Source of the DNA: Fimicolochytrium jonesii
Lineage: Eukaryota
Assembly: GCF_025526975.1 (NCBI RefSeq)
Contig: NW_026515668.1
Span: 186,001 to 250,000, forward strand
DNA length: 64,000 nucleotides
Direction: 5' to 3'
Every line of letters begins with the position of its first letter. Position 1 is the first letter of the stretch. Positions 24,870 through 37,876 of this stretch are shown here, piece after piece. The notes under the pieces were generated by a model, which did not search any database, had not been told where the DNA came from, and worked only from the letters and a program-made list of their open reading frames with translations. A program made the translations under genes and the position numbers.

Positions 24870-26003
24870 TCACACACTCCCCCTATCAACAATCTCCCAA
24901 ACCTCCCCTCCCCCCACCCCCCGACAAACAACCCTCCCCTCATCCCTCAACTTCCCCAAATGCAACCCCAACCCCCGCCTCGCCGCCCCCCGCAACCTCG
25001 CCTCCCCTTCGGGCATATCCGGATACAACACCTTCACGATCTCATCCACACCCGCCACCCCCTCCCGCTCTCGCAGTATGCCCACAATCTGCGCCTCCCT
25101 CTCCATCCGATGCCGTATATACCCCTCTATCGCGGCCCGGGCGTCGGGTAGGACGTCCCCGTGGCCTGGGTATAACACTGTTTGTGTATCGACGGGCAAG
25201 AACGAGAGGAGTTTACGTAGGGAGGCGATATAAGTCGTCAGGTTCTCAAAGACGGTGGAGCCGTGCCCGAGGATACAGTCGCCGGAGAAAAGCGTGTGGG
25301 TGTGCGGGTCGTAGAGGCAGATGTGATCGCTTGTATGGCCGGGGGTGGTGATAATGTCGAGGTGGGCTAATCTGTCGCCGTCGTGGAGGGGTATGAACTG
25401 CGTGCCTTCCAAGCTGTTGATGGATGATTTCGGGTCAGGGGTGTGGTATTTGTGGAATGTCATGGTGATGTTTTCTTCTTTTGCCATTTTGGTAAGCTCG
25501 TCCACTCCCCCGACGTGATCAGCATGCCAATGGGTCAACACAATGCCCAACTCGCCGACCCGCCACTCCCTGACAACATTCTTAACCATCTCTACCCACT
25601 TCCGCGCAACGTCGCCGGCGGCGCCCGTGTCGATTAGGGTTGCGGTGTGTGGGGAGGAAGGGTGGCGGAGGAGATAGGTGTTGGAGCCTTGGAGAGTGAA
25701 TGGGCCGGGGTTGGGGGCGATGATGCGGGTTGTGGTGGGGGTGAGGGCGGTTAGGGGAGCAAGAGGGGGGAGGTGGGGGGACGAGGGGGGTTGGTTGGTG
25801 GAGTTTGTGGTACACATTTTGCGGGTCGAGAGGCGGATGGCGGAGAAGGTTGAAGTGGGGTTGTGATGTGGGCTGAAATTCGAAGCTGAGTCTTGTGGTG
25901 ACGCTGTGGGAGCTCGGTGGAATCGATGCCGAATGCTGCGTGACGAAAGGCGGTCGACGATACGGAGAGTTCGACGGCAAGGTTGTGTTGCCATCCAGAA
26001 CAT
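24870..26003 (-). CDS. LACTB2: LACTB2-like metallo-beta-lactamase-fold endoribonuclease
   Basis: NPGPFTLQGSNTYL, LTHWHADHVGG, TPGHTSDH, LFSGDCILG, YPGHG, C-terminal winged helix; start uncertain (26003 with Arg-rich presequence, or 25817). Confidence 0.88.
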   Translation of the reverse strand: MFWMATQPCRRTLRIVDRLSSRSIRHRFHRAPTASPQDSASNFSPHHNPTSTFSAIRLSTRKMCTTNSTNQPPSSPHLPPLAPLTALTPTTTRIIAPNPGPFTLQGSNTYLLRHPSSPHTATLIDTGAAGDVARKWVEMVKNVVREWRVGELGIVLTHWHADHVGGVDELTKMAKEENITMTFHKYHTPDPKSSINSLEGTQFIPLHDGDRLAHLDIITTPGHTSDHICLYDPHTHTLFSGDCILGHGSTVFENLTTYIASLRKLLSFLPVDTQTVLYPGHGDVLPDARAAIEGYIRHRMEREAQIVGILREREGVAGVDEIVKVLYPDMPEGEARLRGAARRGLGLHLGKLRDEGRVVCRGVGGGEVWEIVDRGSV

Positions 26004-26558
26004 GGGAGCAGCTTTTTCGATCTCGTCGAAGATGATCTTGCACCTCAGCTTATCTGTCGGAGCTGTGACGTACACATACAGTCGGACTTCCGGCCGTTGG
26101 GAAGGCAGGAGCTCTGCCACGGGGAAGCCGGTTTCGTGCTATGCACGCCGAGAAGGTCGCCCTACTAAGCTTGGCTAGCAGGGCTGAGTGTGAAGGAGTA
26201 ACTCCCGAGACGTCTCCTCCTTCCCTTCATTTTCCGCCCGTATCGTACGTAAATTCGCCCAAAGCGCTGCATGTGAGACCTCCGCTCCCTTGGCTCTCTG
26301 AGACAGCGTCTGCATGGCAAGGCGCGGCGAGCTGCAAAGCTGCAATCCAACAATCCAACGACCACACCACACCACACAAGACACGTGAGAAGCCTTTTGA
26401 GGGTATTGCTCGCTCGCCGATGCAAGGAGGATGCCCATAGCATCTATGACTAGCTTCTATGGAAGATTATGTAGCTATACTCCACTTAAACTTTACTTTG
26501 GGATCAGAAGTTCTAGATAGCTGATCTCTGAAATGAAAAGGATACCAGTAGTCTTTCT

Positions 26559-27854
26559 TCACGCCTCTAAATGTCCCAGACTGGAGATGCAGTAGTCTGG
26601 CTGTACTTTCGACGCTGCTAACCCTTCTGGAGTAGTTACGCCTGTGTTGAAATCCAAAAATAAGCTGCCACATCCCTTAGGAACGCAATCAGTAGAATGA
26701 GTGCTTACCTGTCATTACGAGCAACGTCTTCAGTCCTCCGTTTATGCCGAACTCTATATCGGTGTCTAATCTGGTGTGTTGAAGGATGTTCAGTACATGG
26801 TGATGATGCTCATAGGCGAACGTCCAAGAGTACCTATCACCAATCATGCACGTCTTCTCCTTATCCAAATGATACTTAGCCACAATCACATCCAGCATCG
26901 TCTGATGCGGCTTCCCCAGCACAGTCGGCTGTCTCCCCAACGGCGTCGTCAGAGCCGCCAACAGCGCGCCCGTACCCGGGTAGATCGATTTGCCTGCCGG
27001 GAAGGTCGAGTCGCTGTTGGTGGCGAGGAAGTGACAGTCGGGGTTCGAGTGCAGGTATGTGAAGGCTTTTGCAAGCTTTTTGTAGTTGATGTTGAGGTCG
27101 AAGCCAAGGAGGACGGCGCCGATGGAGGGGTCGGGTTGGATGGTGCCCATTTCGTCCATGCTGCCTAGGTTCTCGATGTCGCTCTGGGAGGGAGGGATTG
27201 GTTCAGCTAGAATCAATGAGAGTTTAGTATCGACGAAGGTACGATCTCACCTCGCCACCAACGCTCGCTACGCCCTCAGAAGCCAACTCCTCTTGCACAC
27301 CAGCCATCCCTACGACGTAGACCTTCTTGTCCTTCGGAAATTTGAGGAAATTAGCAACATAGTAGGCGGCCGCATATGAAGATCCAAAGATTTCCTCCTG
27401 CATTTGAAACTACAGGTCAGCAGACGCAGGACATGAGTTCAAATGAAGATGTGCTTACCGCTGATGCATCGATCCCTAATGAAGCAAACTTTTTCGCATA
27501 CGCTTGTCGTGACTTTGTGCTGTTGTTTGTGACGAACAAGAGACGCTTGCCCTAGTAAACGTATGGTGTGTCGTGTTTAACCGTCGGCCTGACACGTTAT
27601 CTGTCCACTGGACGCCGGTCGCTATAATACCTTCTGCCGCAAAGTCTTCAGAACCTCGCGAACGTGGTCGATAACATGGGAGCCGGACCAGATCACTCCT
27701 AAAAACCTCCCGCAAAGGGTGCCGTTAGTCGAGTCCCAGGTGAATATAGGGAAAGAACTGTAAGTTTACCGTCACAGTCAAACAAGAAGGTATCGATGGA
27801 GTCAATGAAGGTGGATATTTTGCCCTTCTTTCCGTCGAGGCTTGTGGCTGCCAT
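26559..27854 (-). CDS. PHO13: HAD class IIA phosphatase (4-nitrophenyl/phosphoglycolate phosphatase)
   Basis: Multi-exon; [48 protein letters not shown]. Confidence 0.92.
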
Positions 27855-28535
27855 AATGTATGACTCGAGTGTTTACGGAAGATGGCGACGAGTGAAATCA
27901 ACCGTGGGGCTGCACGTAGGGCTGGTATGCACAGGTAGTGTACGAGTTATAGGGAGACGGTCTAGCGCTGTGCTGGTGTCCTGTTCAGTAGAGCAATGGG
28001 GAGTAATGAGCAAGTCAATGCCGTTGGGCGTTCGCGAGGGGAGTTCTGGGGCCATTTGTAAGTCGGGAGAGTCGGGAGTTCTTGCTTCCTCACGCGTACG
28101 CAAGCTACAGTACGTAGGCAAGGGAAGTCTGTGAAAGCGAGGAAACCCAACGTTGAGACTGGAGAATTCATGCTCATATTTACCCACCCTCCTGAGATTG
28201 AAGAGACCAAGGACCGCCTGGGAAGCTGTTGGGACCGGCAACGACAGCGGCCTCCTCCCACAGTCTAAACATATACGGTATAAAACCGGAGTTCCCGCAA
28301 TGAGGCAGAACGGCGTCACGACGGACAGGAGGACAACCCGTTGCAGGCTCACCCTCCTCACCCGCTGCGGTGTCCTCTCCCCGCACAAGCTGAGGTTCAG
28401 GGTCCAGCGTTTACTCCTCGCCCAGGTAAAGACTCCTAAAAAAATGGCGGAATGCCCGGCCAAACGTCGTCAAGATCACTACGATGGTGACTAAACCCTG
28501 CCAAACCTGACCTCCTCCCGCTCCGTCCTTCTATC

Positions 28536-31500
28536 ATGAATATGTTCTATGAACGAAAGGCTCGCAAGTCCCGAAAACACCACTTGGTAGAAGGTGGCCT
28601 CACGGCTATTGTCTCGGCGCTTACACGGCTTTCAGAGGTCAGCTATCCCATTATATCTTACAAAACACTGGCTCGTGGGAAAACCGGTCTGACGGAGCGC
28701 TTGCATCAAATTAGACATGTGTAACGGCATCTACACCCGATGTCCAGGAAGAAATGGTCCATCAGCTGGCGACCGCTCTGGCGGGGAATGACAGCCGGTT
28801 TAGGGAGGCGTGTATACTGGCGACCGCCGGGGGCGCGCAAGCACACGTGCCGGTGAATGTATTGTTGTGGGTCGCGAAGAGTGGGACGGCGGCTGTTCGT
28901 GCTGTGAGTATTGATGGGCGGGAGGGATTCGCGAGAGAGTTTGAGCGGCAGCGGATGCGGTTGATTCGCGGACTTGAGACCCAGCGATAGTGGGCGGCGA
29001 ACGAAGCACAGTCTCTCTCTCTGAAGCCGCAATAGCTTAGATGTCAGGAGGGCGACCCCAAGCAATCCTAGTTTTTTGGCGAGCCAAGCGAGCCAGTCGT
29101 CCTGCAAGCGCCATCGTCGCTACCTGTGTTGTCGCAACTCGCAGAATACCGCTTTCAAAACGCAGTCATGCATTACATCCATCAATCGCTTTCATAGCAG
29201 CATTACCGCGTATTCGTACTTATTGATTTCTTCTTGGCACCTCCAGGCCGTCCTCCAAGTCCTCTCCCACCTCCTAACCACGAAAGCCATCCCAGCCGAT
29301 TCCAAGATCACCTCCCTGGCATTACAATTCCTCGACGATGATTCGGAGCGGGTTCGGATGGGTGCGATTCACCTTGTTTGGTAAGACCTCTTTGTTTCAC
29401 AGGGGTGGGGACATCAAAGTTCAACATCGCATATTCTTGGCAGGCTGCTCTCAATGCTTCAGCTCGAATCGCGACAACAGGGCAACAACAACGCGGCGAA
29501 ACGGAACCATGTTAATCCGATTGATCCGTCGTTTATTGCACTGTGTGGGGCTTTGGGGGATGCGTGTGCTTCGATCAGGGCTAAGGTGAGAGTGGGGAAG
29601 GATGGTCGGAGACTGCAGATGTGTGGTAGCAGTGGGAATGTGCGAACGGGAATGGGCTGACTTGCGCAGTGGGAATAAAGCACTCGCGCATGTCTTTGCG
29701 ACGCCATCTACTGGGATATCGACCACACCGGCAGGACCTAACCTCATCCGGTCTCTCCCATTCATCGCTCCCAAAAAGGCCTGCCTTTACATTGGCACCT
29801 TCAACGCAATGTCCACCGAACTCGCCCTCCAACTCCTCAGAAAAGAGCCCGTCACACGTCGGATCCCTGCCAACGGTCCCAAGGTATGCCGCTTTCCCAA
29901 TTTGTTACTCTTACCGGCGTCTCGGCCGCTTTGCTGAAACTTCCAATCACGAAAGCAAAAAGCGATTGTAGAACCCATCACGCGCTCCTACCCGCAACTC
30001 CTCCGCGACCCGGCGACGTGCGGCGCGTTCGTGCATGGGATGGAGGATGAGTTTGAAGCGGTTAGGAACAATGCCGTTGGTGAGAGGGGTTGAGTTTGCG
30101 AGGCGTGTGGTTTTCTCGACCGGTGTTGAGTTGCTCATGTCGATGTGATACATAGATGCCTTAACGACACTGAGCATGCACCGGGTCGAACTCGCAAAAG
30201 TCGCCATCAGCTTCTTCGTCGGTACGCCCTCCCGTGCCTTACCATCCCATCTCCAACCTCCCTCACTCAACTCCCACATCTACCCATCAGACATGTTCAA
30301 CGACGAAGCGGAATCGGTCCGCCTGAACGCCATCACCTCCTTCCACACGCTTGCGCAAACGCAGCCGATCACATTGTCGATGGAGAATGTGAAGACGATG
30401 GCGATGGTGTTCCAGGATGGGTGTGCGGATGTGAGAGCGGCTGCGCATCGGTTTATTGGGTATGTTATTTTCCGTCGTCCTGAATGTGTGTGGTTGATAG
30501 GACGTCTTGTTGATCACTCCTTTTGGTATGATTTTAGAGCCGTCCGAGCAGCAACACCCACAGTAGCAAAGCAAATCCTTGACGTACTCAGCGCAGGCAT
30601 CCGCCGATTCCCGGAAGACAAACTTTCGATTTACGCGTGTCTGCAGGGGTTTGGGCGGATGAATACCGATATCGTTGGTGAGGGAGAGTTGATGATTATG
30701 GCTTCATGGGTCAGGGAATGATCTGATGGATGTGATTTGGTACAGATGCACAGCTCGGCGCGATCCTGAAGCTAGACAAACGGTTCCTCCCAAAACAGCC
30801 CGATATCGAGGACATAGAATGTAAGTCTCCCCACAAAATACCCTCCCCATGCAAACGCGCCTCACACCCTCCACCGAGCAGATATCGGCCGCCTGATATG
30901 CGTGCTGAACGCTGATAAGGATCAATCATTGAAGTTCCCGCGGTTCGTTTACCAGCATGCGCTGTATTTGCAGGGGAAGTATCCGCAGTTTTTGCCGTGT
31001 GAGACGGTACGTTGTTTCAATTACAAAATTTGCAAAAGCAGTGAGGGGTTATGAGGGGCTGGTGACATAGCTATTAAGATGCGGGACGAGTGCCTTTGAA
31101 TGACTTTATTACTGATCTCGGGATCTTTACTACAGGACTCGCTACGTGTACACAAGTCCTTTTCGGTGCGGGAGTGGGCGCCGGATGCCGCATGTAAGTG
31201 TTTACCTCTTGTTCCATATATGAACGTTGATGACGCATTGACAATACATGGAATCGTCGCAGGGACGGCGACGGAAGCGCATATCACTGAGGCGTGGAAG
31301 ACCTGGCATACCCACCATCCGGGCGCGGATGCTGCGTTGGAAGCTGGGCGGATTGCCAGGTATGTATGGGATGTGAGATTTGTGGCGTAGCACATTTATT
31401 TTGTGAATATACGTGGGTCCATTTCCCGCCGAATGGAGGTTACGAATCGCTGACGGATATGCCTCCCTTGCGCATCATGTTACTAGCAACCTACATCGAC

Positions 31501-32643
31501 TGGCACTCCCATCCTCCGACCCGAACGCACGCGCGCATTTCTTGAGCGCGTACATGCGCTGTGGACAGTGGTTCGCTCAAGTAAATTCATGAACTATCAC
31601 TCGCTGGTTCCTAATTTTCACTAAGCACTAATCTCCCAAACCGTAGATAAAAACCCAAATCCGCACCTTACACAACCGCCCAACAACCCGTCACTCCGCC
31701 ACGCGTCTTCTCGGCCTCTCCCGGGCACTGCCGCATGCATACCACGGCCTGACGACGGAATTGAAGGCTGCGTTGGCGGTTGTTGAAGTGTTCGCGATGG
31801 CAGCTGGGGTGCTCGTAGGCGAGGATGATGGTTGGGCACGGGCGATTTGGCTGGTGGCTAGGCGCGCTGAGGAGGCGGAGAGGTAATGAACCCAGAGTGT
31901 GTGCATTTCCCTCCTCTTCTGGGTCAGCTGGGTTCATCCACTTTGACGCCGTATGCAAACTTACTCTCACTTCACACCACCTAGACTCACAAGTCGCGTA
32001 CCCCACGCGCCAACCAACCCGTCTCTGAACCGCCTCATCGATGCCTTCCAGGTCAGCAGCAATGTTACAGCTGGGAATGGCGTGCCGCGAGTGAAAGCGG
32101 AGGCGATGTTGGAGTTTGTTCAGGTATGCTGATATATATATCAGAGCAGCGTGTACAGGTGCATTTGCCCAAACTCTTTGTCTTTATGAATGCTTTCATT
32201 CCTCCCGTTCTCGGCACGAACGCAATCTCAGACACTCCGCTTCCCGACGCCGCCAACGCCAAGGATCTTACGGCGCGTGTGATGCGTGCGCCCCACGCCG
32301 GAAATCTGCGTTACCACGGTGCTGCGGGGGGAAAGCAAATGATATTCCTGGGCGATGTCGTAGTTTGCGTGGTGACAGTGGAAAAGGCGTCACGATCAAG
32401 AATGCGCTCATACGAGCACCTTGTCGTATCTCGCATAGGGTAAAGAACAAGGTTGCACAGCAAACCATTGCACAAACGTTCGTGTCCCCAAGATGGAGCT
32501 CTTGCTCCTACTGCATATATATATCCACCGTAACTTTTGTACATAGAAATGACCTATTTACACGGTTGTGCGATAATCTTTCGAACATTGGATGGGACTG
32601 TCTCCGACTGGCGGCCAGAGCAAAAACCGCGGACGGGTGGTAG
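28536..32643 (+). CDS. INTS4: Integrator complex subunit 4-like HEAT-repeat protein
   Basis: Many exons; FLDDDSERVRMGAIHLVW, CGAFVHGMEDEFEAVRNNAV (30019-30079) and DMFNDEAESVRLNAI match the hallmark INTS4 segments; 3' end uncertain. Confidence 0.82.
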
Positions 32644-32901
32644 AAACATAATATGGCATGTTGTAGAGCGGGGAGCAAGGTGAAAGGGGAAGTCTCGTGG
32701 TTTGTCTCGGTCCCGTCCTCACCCGCACGGCACCGGTGATCATGTATCCCATCACAGTCCCTGTCAGCCGCATCAGGAAACACCTCTCGCTGACTGATAA
32801 TGTCCGTGCTTTTCAAAATAATACGGGAATTGACGAATTGAAAACGAACCCGAAGCATCCACATCGTCGATGTTTCGAACATCCAGACGCCCCGCGTAAG
32901 G

Positions 32902-34509
32902 TCATGCCTGCACGCTCATCGCCGGAGGCGCATTCGGCAGCGTGTCAACCTCCCTATACAGCGGCGCATCATCCAGTGGTATACCCTCCTCGGGCTCCGT
33001 GACCGCGTCCATCAGAGGCGGCGGCGACTGTTGTAGAGTGAACCCCTCATCCGCGGCGGCATCGCTAATGAAAGCCGGGATCTCGAGTACGATGCGTTTC
33101 CGTTTGAAGCGTTTGAAAGCGGGCAGATTGATAAAGTCGCGCCATATGCTCTTCTTCCCAAAGCCGATGTTTGTGTCGTTGATTACGATTGTGGGTGTTT
33201 GATGAGGTCGCTGTATTCGTGGTGGTTCGTATTCAATGACAATCCGGATGAAGTGCTCGACGTTGAGCATTGCAGTGCGGCAGTCGGGCGCCGCGGCGGT
33301 CGTCGCTAGCGAGAATGGGAAACTTGCGCTGCCGCCACTTGATTGCTGTAGCTGGTCTGATGCGACTTTGTACTTGATGGGGTGTTTCGTGACGGTAAAA
33401 TTTTCGACGGCCGGTTCCATGCCCTGCAACGTGGTGAGTCGGCGGGTGAGGGGCACCCATACGTGTTCAAAAGTCTGCCGTTCCCGTAGACTGCACTCCA
33501 GGTGGCGCACGGTGGATACGCTCTGGCCCTTGTCTTTCAATTCGAGATCAACTTTGGAAAGGATGTCGTCGCGGAGAAGTGGGCGTGGTAAGGTGATGAT
33601 GTACTCGAACTCTTCTTTGGGTGTGGTTCCGCGAAAGGTCTCTGTCCTTCGTTCCATGGTGGTCGGCAGCTTCCACTGATGCGAGTAGTTCCCTCCTGAC
33701 GTTGAGCTGCTCAATAGTCGTGGGATTGGCTCCGTTCGCGCTGTCTGTGGAGCGTGCGGGTCTGCGAGTGCCATACCCATGCCATCGACATGTGGGAACA
33801 TGTCCACAATGCGAACGTTGTTGGACAGATTGCTGTCGCTCCTGGATCTAGCGGGTTCCACAATCAACCCGCTCGTTGAGCGAAGGGGCGGAGATGTGAT
33901 ATTTGAGGATATTGACATTCTCACAAAGGACGAACGAGTGGAAGAGGGAAAGCCCCGTCGAACGACGACTTCACGATGATATGCGAGAGGATAGAGATGC
34001 TTTCTTTGCAGCTTGACGGTCAGTTTGTATGAAACCTCCGCATGGCGCAATTTGAGAGAAGGCGGAAGGTCCGGCGGTATAGATATCGTGAATGGGAAGT
34101 CATGTCTGCAAGACAGCGTTTAAGTCCTTTTTGTCCAATCCAGATGCTACACATCATCTCTCTTTCTTTCTCACCTCCCGTCACTCAGGCTCCCCGCCCC
34201 ATCACGCTCCGAGTTCCATAGCACTTCCGTCTCACTGACGAGCTCCCTCCCAATATACGGGTTTGAAGGATGGTACTCCGTCTCAACCCCTCTGAATTCC
34301 ACCTCTATGCCCGTAAAGGTATTTTTCAGGTTGTATACAGCCACCGAGCCGTTGAACACGACGGGAGGTGGGTCGAAAAGGTCATTGATACGTTCCGCTA
34401 AAGCCAACGGCAAAGATGAGTGTCCCACGACGTAGGCAACCTCCTGAGGGGATGGTGGAAGTATGACCGGACTCGGACACGAGATCACGCACTTTGGCCT
34501 GACAACCAT
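32902..34509 (-). CDS. Alpha-arrestin domain protein
   Basis: IEVEFRGVE, intron ~34173-34106, HDFPFTISIPPDLPPSL, VSYKLTV, LNVEHFIRIVI, C-terminal APLY. Confidence 0.8.
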
Positions 34510-36074
34510 CAGACTGTGAGGTTTGTAAGGAGATAGTCGTGAAGCCGTCGAAATGCTTAACGGCTTTCGGAGGGAGTCGTAGAACCCTTCCCAAGAATGC
34601 TTGTGGATGAGGTCTTATCCCAGATCTGCGTTCTACTCAGTGACGTTATGAAGTTGTGGTGCCCTCGGAAACCCATCTCTTGTATGAAAGTTTCCACCCA
34701 TCGGCGATTCTGTATGCCACCCAGCGAGCGTTCCTTGTGCGCTCCTGTCTCCCCATGTGCCATGTGGTATCATATTTGCTGTTCAGCCAGTGAACACTAT
34801 GTGTCATCCATAAAAGTGGGGTAGTATTGTGGCATTAACCATGCAATGAACTAAGATATAGAGGATCAGCGGACCGAGGGGAACGGGCCGATGCCGAGAG
34901 ATAACGAGGAGGCGGGTCATGGGGGTTTCGGGTGCCCTTCGGGATGTTTGCAAACGCTTGCTAGAGGAGATGGGGAACAGACGAACCTCTGACACATGGA
35001 GATGGACGAATCCTGTGGCTGGCCCCTCCTCCCTCCCCAGCACATGATGTATGCGACCCTTCTCTTCCTACGTCCTGCACAGTTACATGTACAGTACCCT
35101 TCCATGCCTTCTCATCAGAGGCTTCCGGAACAGTTGTGTCATCAGTATTGGGAACGCGTCAAATGAGAAACTGTCCGTTTTTTTCCCTGTGGCCAAGCAA
35201 CCGTATTTGTAACATCGACAGAGGATATGCATCGACAGAGGACACTGACGTCTTCGTTCGAAGGCGATCTGAATATGCTCGGGCCGGAATCCTTCCAGGG
35301 AGGAACCGTAACCCTCAAAGAAACAACCCTGTAATGCCATTTGTACTTTGAATTATGCGAACTGCTCGTGCTTGCCGCGATCTAAACGGATTGTTTTGCT
35401 TCCCTTTCACCATCCGGGAGGCATTGCATCATTTTCGAGCAGCGGCGCCGGATCAGCCTAAGGTACACCACTTCTCTCCTTTCAATATGTACCTCACCCG
35501 AGGGCTTCAAACTGCGCTCTTACCGACTTCTTTGACGTACATACGTACCGTGCATACGTACTGTACATGTAGGAAGTTTAGTTAGGATATGCACGTATAT
35601 CTCAACTCCCCGTCGGCCACTTACCAAACGTCGAAGTGCATATCTCCGTCAGTCCCATCAGTCCAGAAGAGCAGGGAGAAGGACGGGGCTAGTCAACAAA
35701 GGGTATCTGCATGGCTGTCCTGTAATGTTGCATAGCAGTTTACATTGCACCCCACAGCGCAAGGACCGCACCACAACCGCTCAAAGATTGGCAATCAGAC
35801 TCCCAACCACTTCAATATGGAGGGAGAACCTGCAAAGGGCAAGAGCCTGTTTGACATTGAGGGAGACTCCGGGACGGAGGAAAGAGGAGGAAGGGCAGGA
35901 AGATGTTGAAGAGGGGAACAATGACATGGGGCAAGGAGAAGAGGCCAGCTTGAAGGAAGCCGTACCTTCCACGCCAAAGCGAAAACCATCTCAGCAGGCT
36001 ACCACAGCAACGGCATCCAGAGGAGTGGTAGCACCAACGTCAGCAACAAAACATAGCACCAAGCTGAGGCTTGA

Positions 36075-36570
36075 GAAAGTACGGAAGGATGTACACATTT
36101 GGGCGGAGAAGATCAAACCTGACCACACAAAAAAGCAACATGGGCCAAAGCAGAAGGAATTCCTGCGGTGGTACGCAACAGATTTCACGGATGAAGCGCC
36201 ACGCTTGCCAGGGATTGTGTCTTCCAGCAAACTTCTCGTCTTCATGCAGGAGCAGCTGATTCAAAGCGGCTGGAGAAGCTGGGTGAAACTTATGGAGTCA
36301 AACCTTATGGACTAGGCTGTGCGGTTTGCCTTTGGTGCGGGCGACTTTGCCCAGCGGGGCGGCTGGAGAAGGCCTCATGGAGCCGTCCCTGTGCAAGCAC
36401 TTCAGCGTGAACTTGCAGTACTTGGTGCAACAGTTCTGATGTGGCCAGAAGGAGGCTCAACGGATAACTGTTTCATTGGCATCGAAGGTTGGTTGAGTGT
36501 AGCTTGCTTGGAGCAGTTCAATGGCCAGAACGAGGCTCGACTGATAACTGTTTCATTGGCATCGAAGGTT
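36075..36570 (+). mobile_element. Degenerate Crypton (tyrosine recombinase transposon) relic
   Basis: KPDHTKKQHGPKQKEFLRWY...IVSSSKLLVFMQEQL resembles the N-terminal domain of CryptonF/Ndc10; FIGIEGWLSVACLEQFNG resembles GCR1_C; stops present, internal ~38-bp duplication (36453/36533), no catalytic core. Confidence 0.55.
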
Positions 36571-37876
36571 ACGAGGAGCTCCCGTTCAAAATGCCCGATG
36601 GGAACATGCACACGACGTCAGCACCCGAAACCCGTTACTACAACTGTGAAAAGCACCCCAAGGAATGGTTTCGGCGGCACAGGGACAGTGGTCGGCACAC
36701 CTTACGCAAATATTGCTATCTCGGGGATGTTCAAGGAGTGAAACAACACATCCTCCCTTCATTGTGCCCAGGGAGGGAACGAATGAGAGGGCCAAACTGG
36801 CATGCCCCCAATCTACGCCGCACGCCCCCATCAACGCCCAATCGTTGACCAAGATATTCAAGCTGGAGCCACTTTCCGCTTCCTTCAGCATCAATATTCC
36901 CGACATCAAGGTCATCAACCCCCGTGGAATGTGGGGCCATGGGAGCAGAATCCCGCTCCCTTGTGGTAGATATGTACGTAGAAAGGAGAGGGGATAATTA
37001 GCTTAGGCCCAGAGCCACCCCTTTCCCTTCCCTTCCCGATGGCACTCTGAACCGAGTTGCATCTTGAATACGCGACCCATCCCCCTGTGTGGGCCGTGCG
37101 CGCCACGTCCCATGTCATAGATGCGCTTTCGCCGTCGATCGGTGCGCATCGACGGTTTTTGACAGCGCGGTTGTCGCTGACGTTGAACAATCCCCGCTCC
37201 GAGCTTCCAACCGGTGTCTCGGCTGAGCGGGCTGAGAAAAGAACCGATACGCAGATCACCGCCTCTGCCTCCCGCCGGATGGGAAATGAAAAGCGGAAAT
37301 GAAAAGCATGTGCCTTCCCCGATCGGATGGAGCAGTGTTGGGGAATCTTTGACCCTAAGGGAAAAGCGGGAGACGCTGCCAGCTTTTAGAAAGCTCATGA
37401 TGATGGATGTGCATAACTGATGACCAACGGGCCAACCGTTGCCGCCGCGACGGGAGGTAGAGGCGGTGCGGTATCCCCCTGTGCTACTGGAGGACAAGTA
37501 TCTCGCGCTGAAAAGCAGCTCGTTTCCACACGACGGTCAAGCATATCTATGGCCATAGACTTATCCATGTGCGCGCCTTTAGGGTCCCCATCACTCGTCG
37601 TCGGGTGAAGCAACATGGTTTTCTCGATGACGTGTCGCTTTTCAGCGCCGGCAACCCGAATTCCCGCCATTTATGCGTGCTGCAGATCTTCTCAGGATGT
37701 GCCATCCAGATGCCATGCATTTTCATTCCTTGGCCTTTATGTGATGTAATGAATGCGTTAAGAAGCAATGTACAAAAGGGGGAATGGGTTTGGCGAAGGG
37801 GTATCATGGGGGAAAATACATAATAATACATCGCGAATGGGGTAGGAGGTAGTCCTCCAAGCCATATAAGAGGTGG

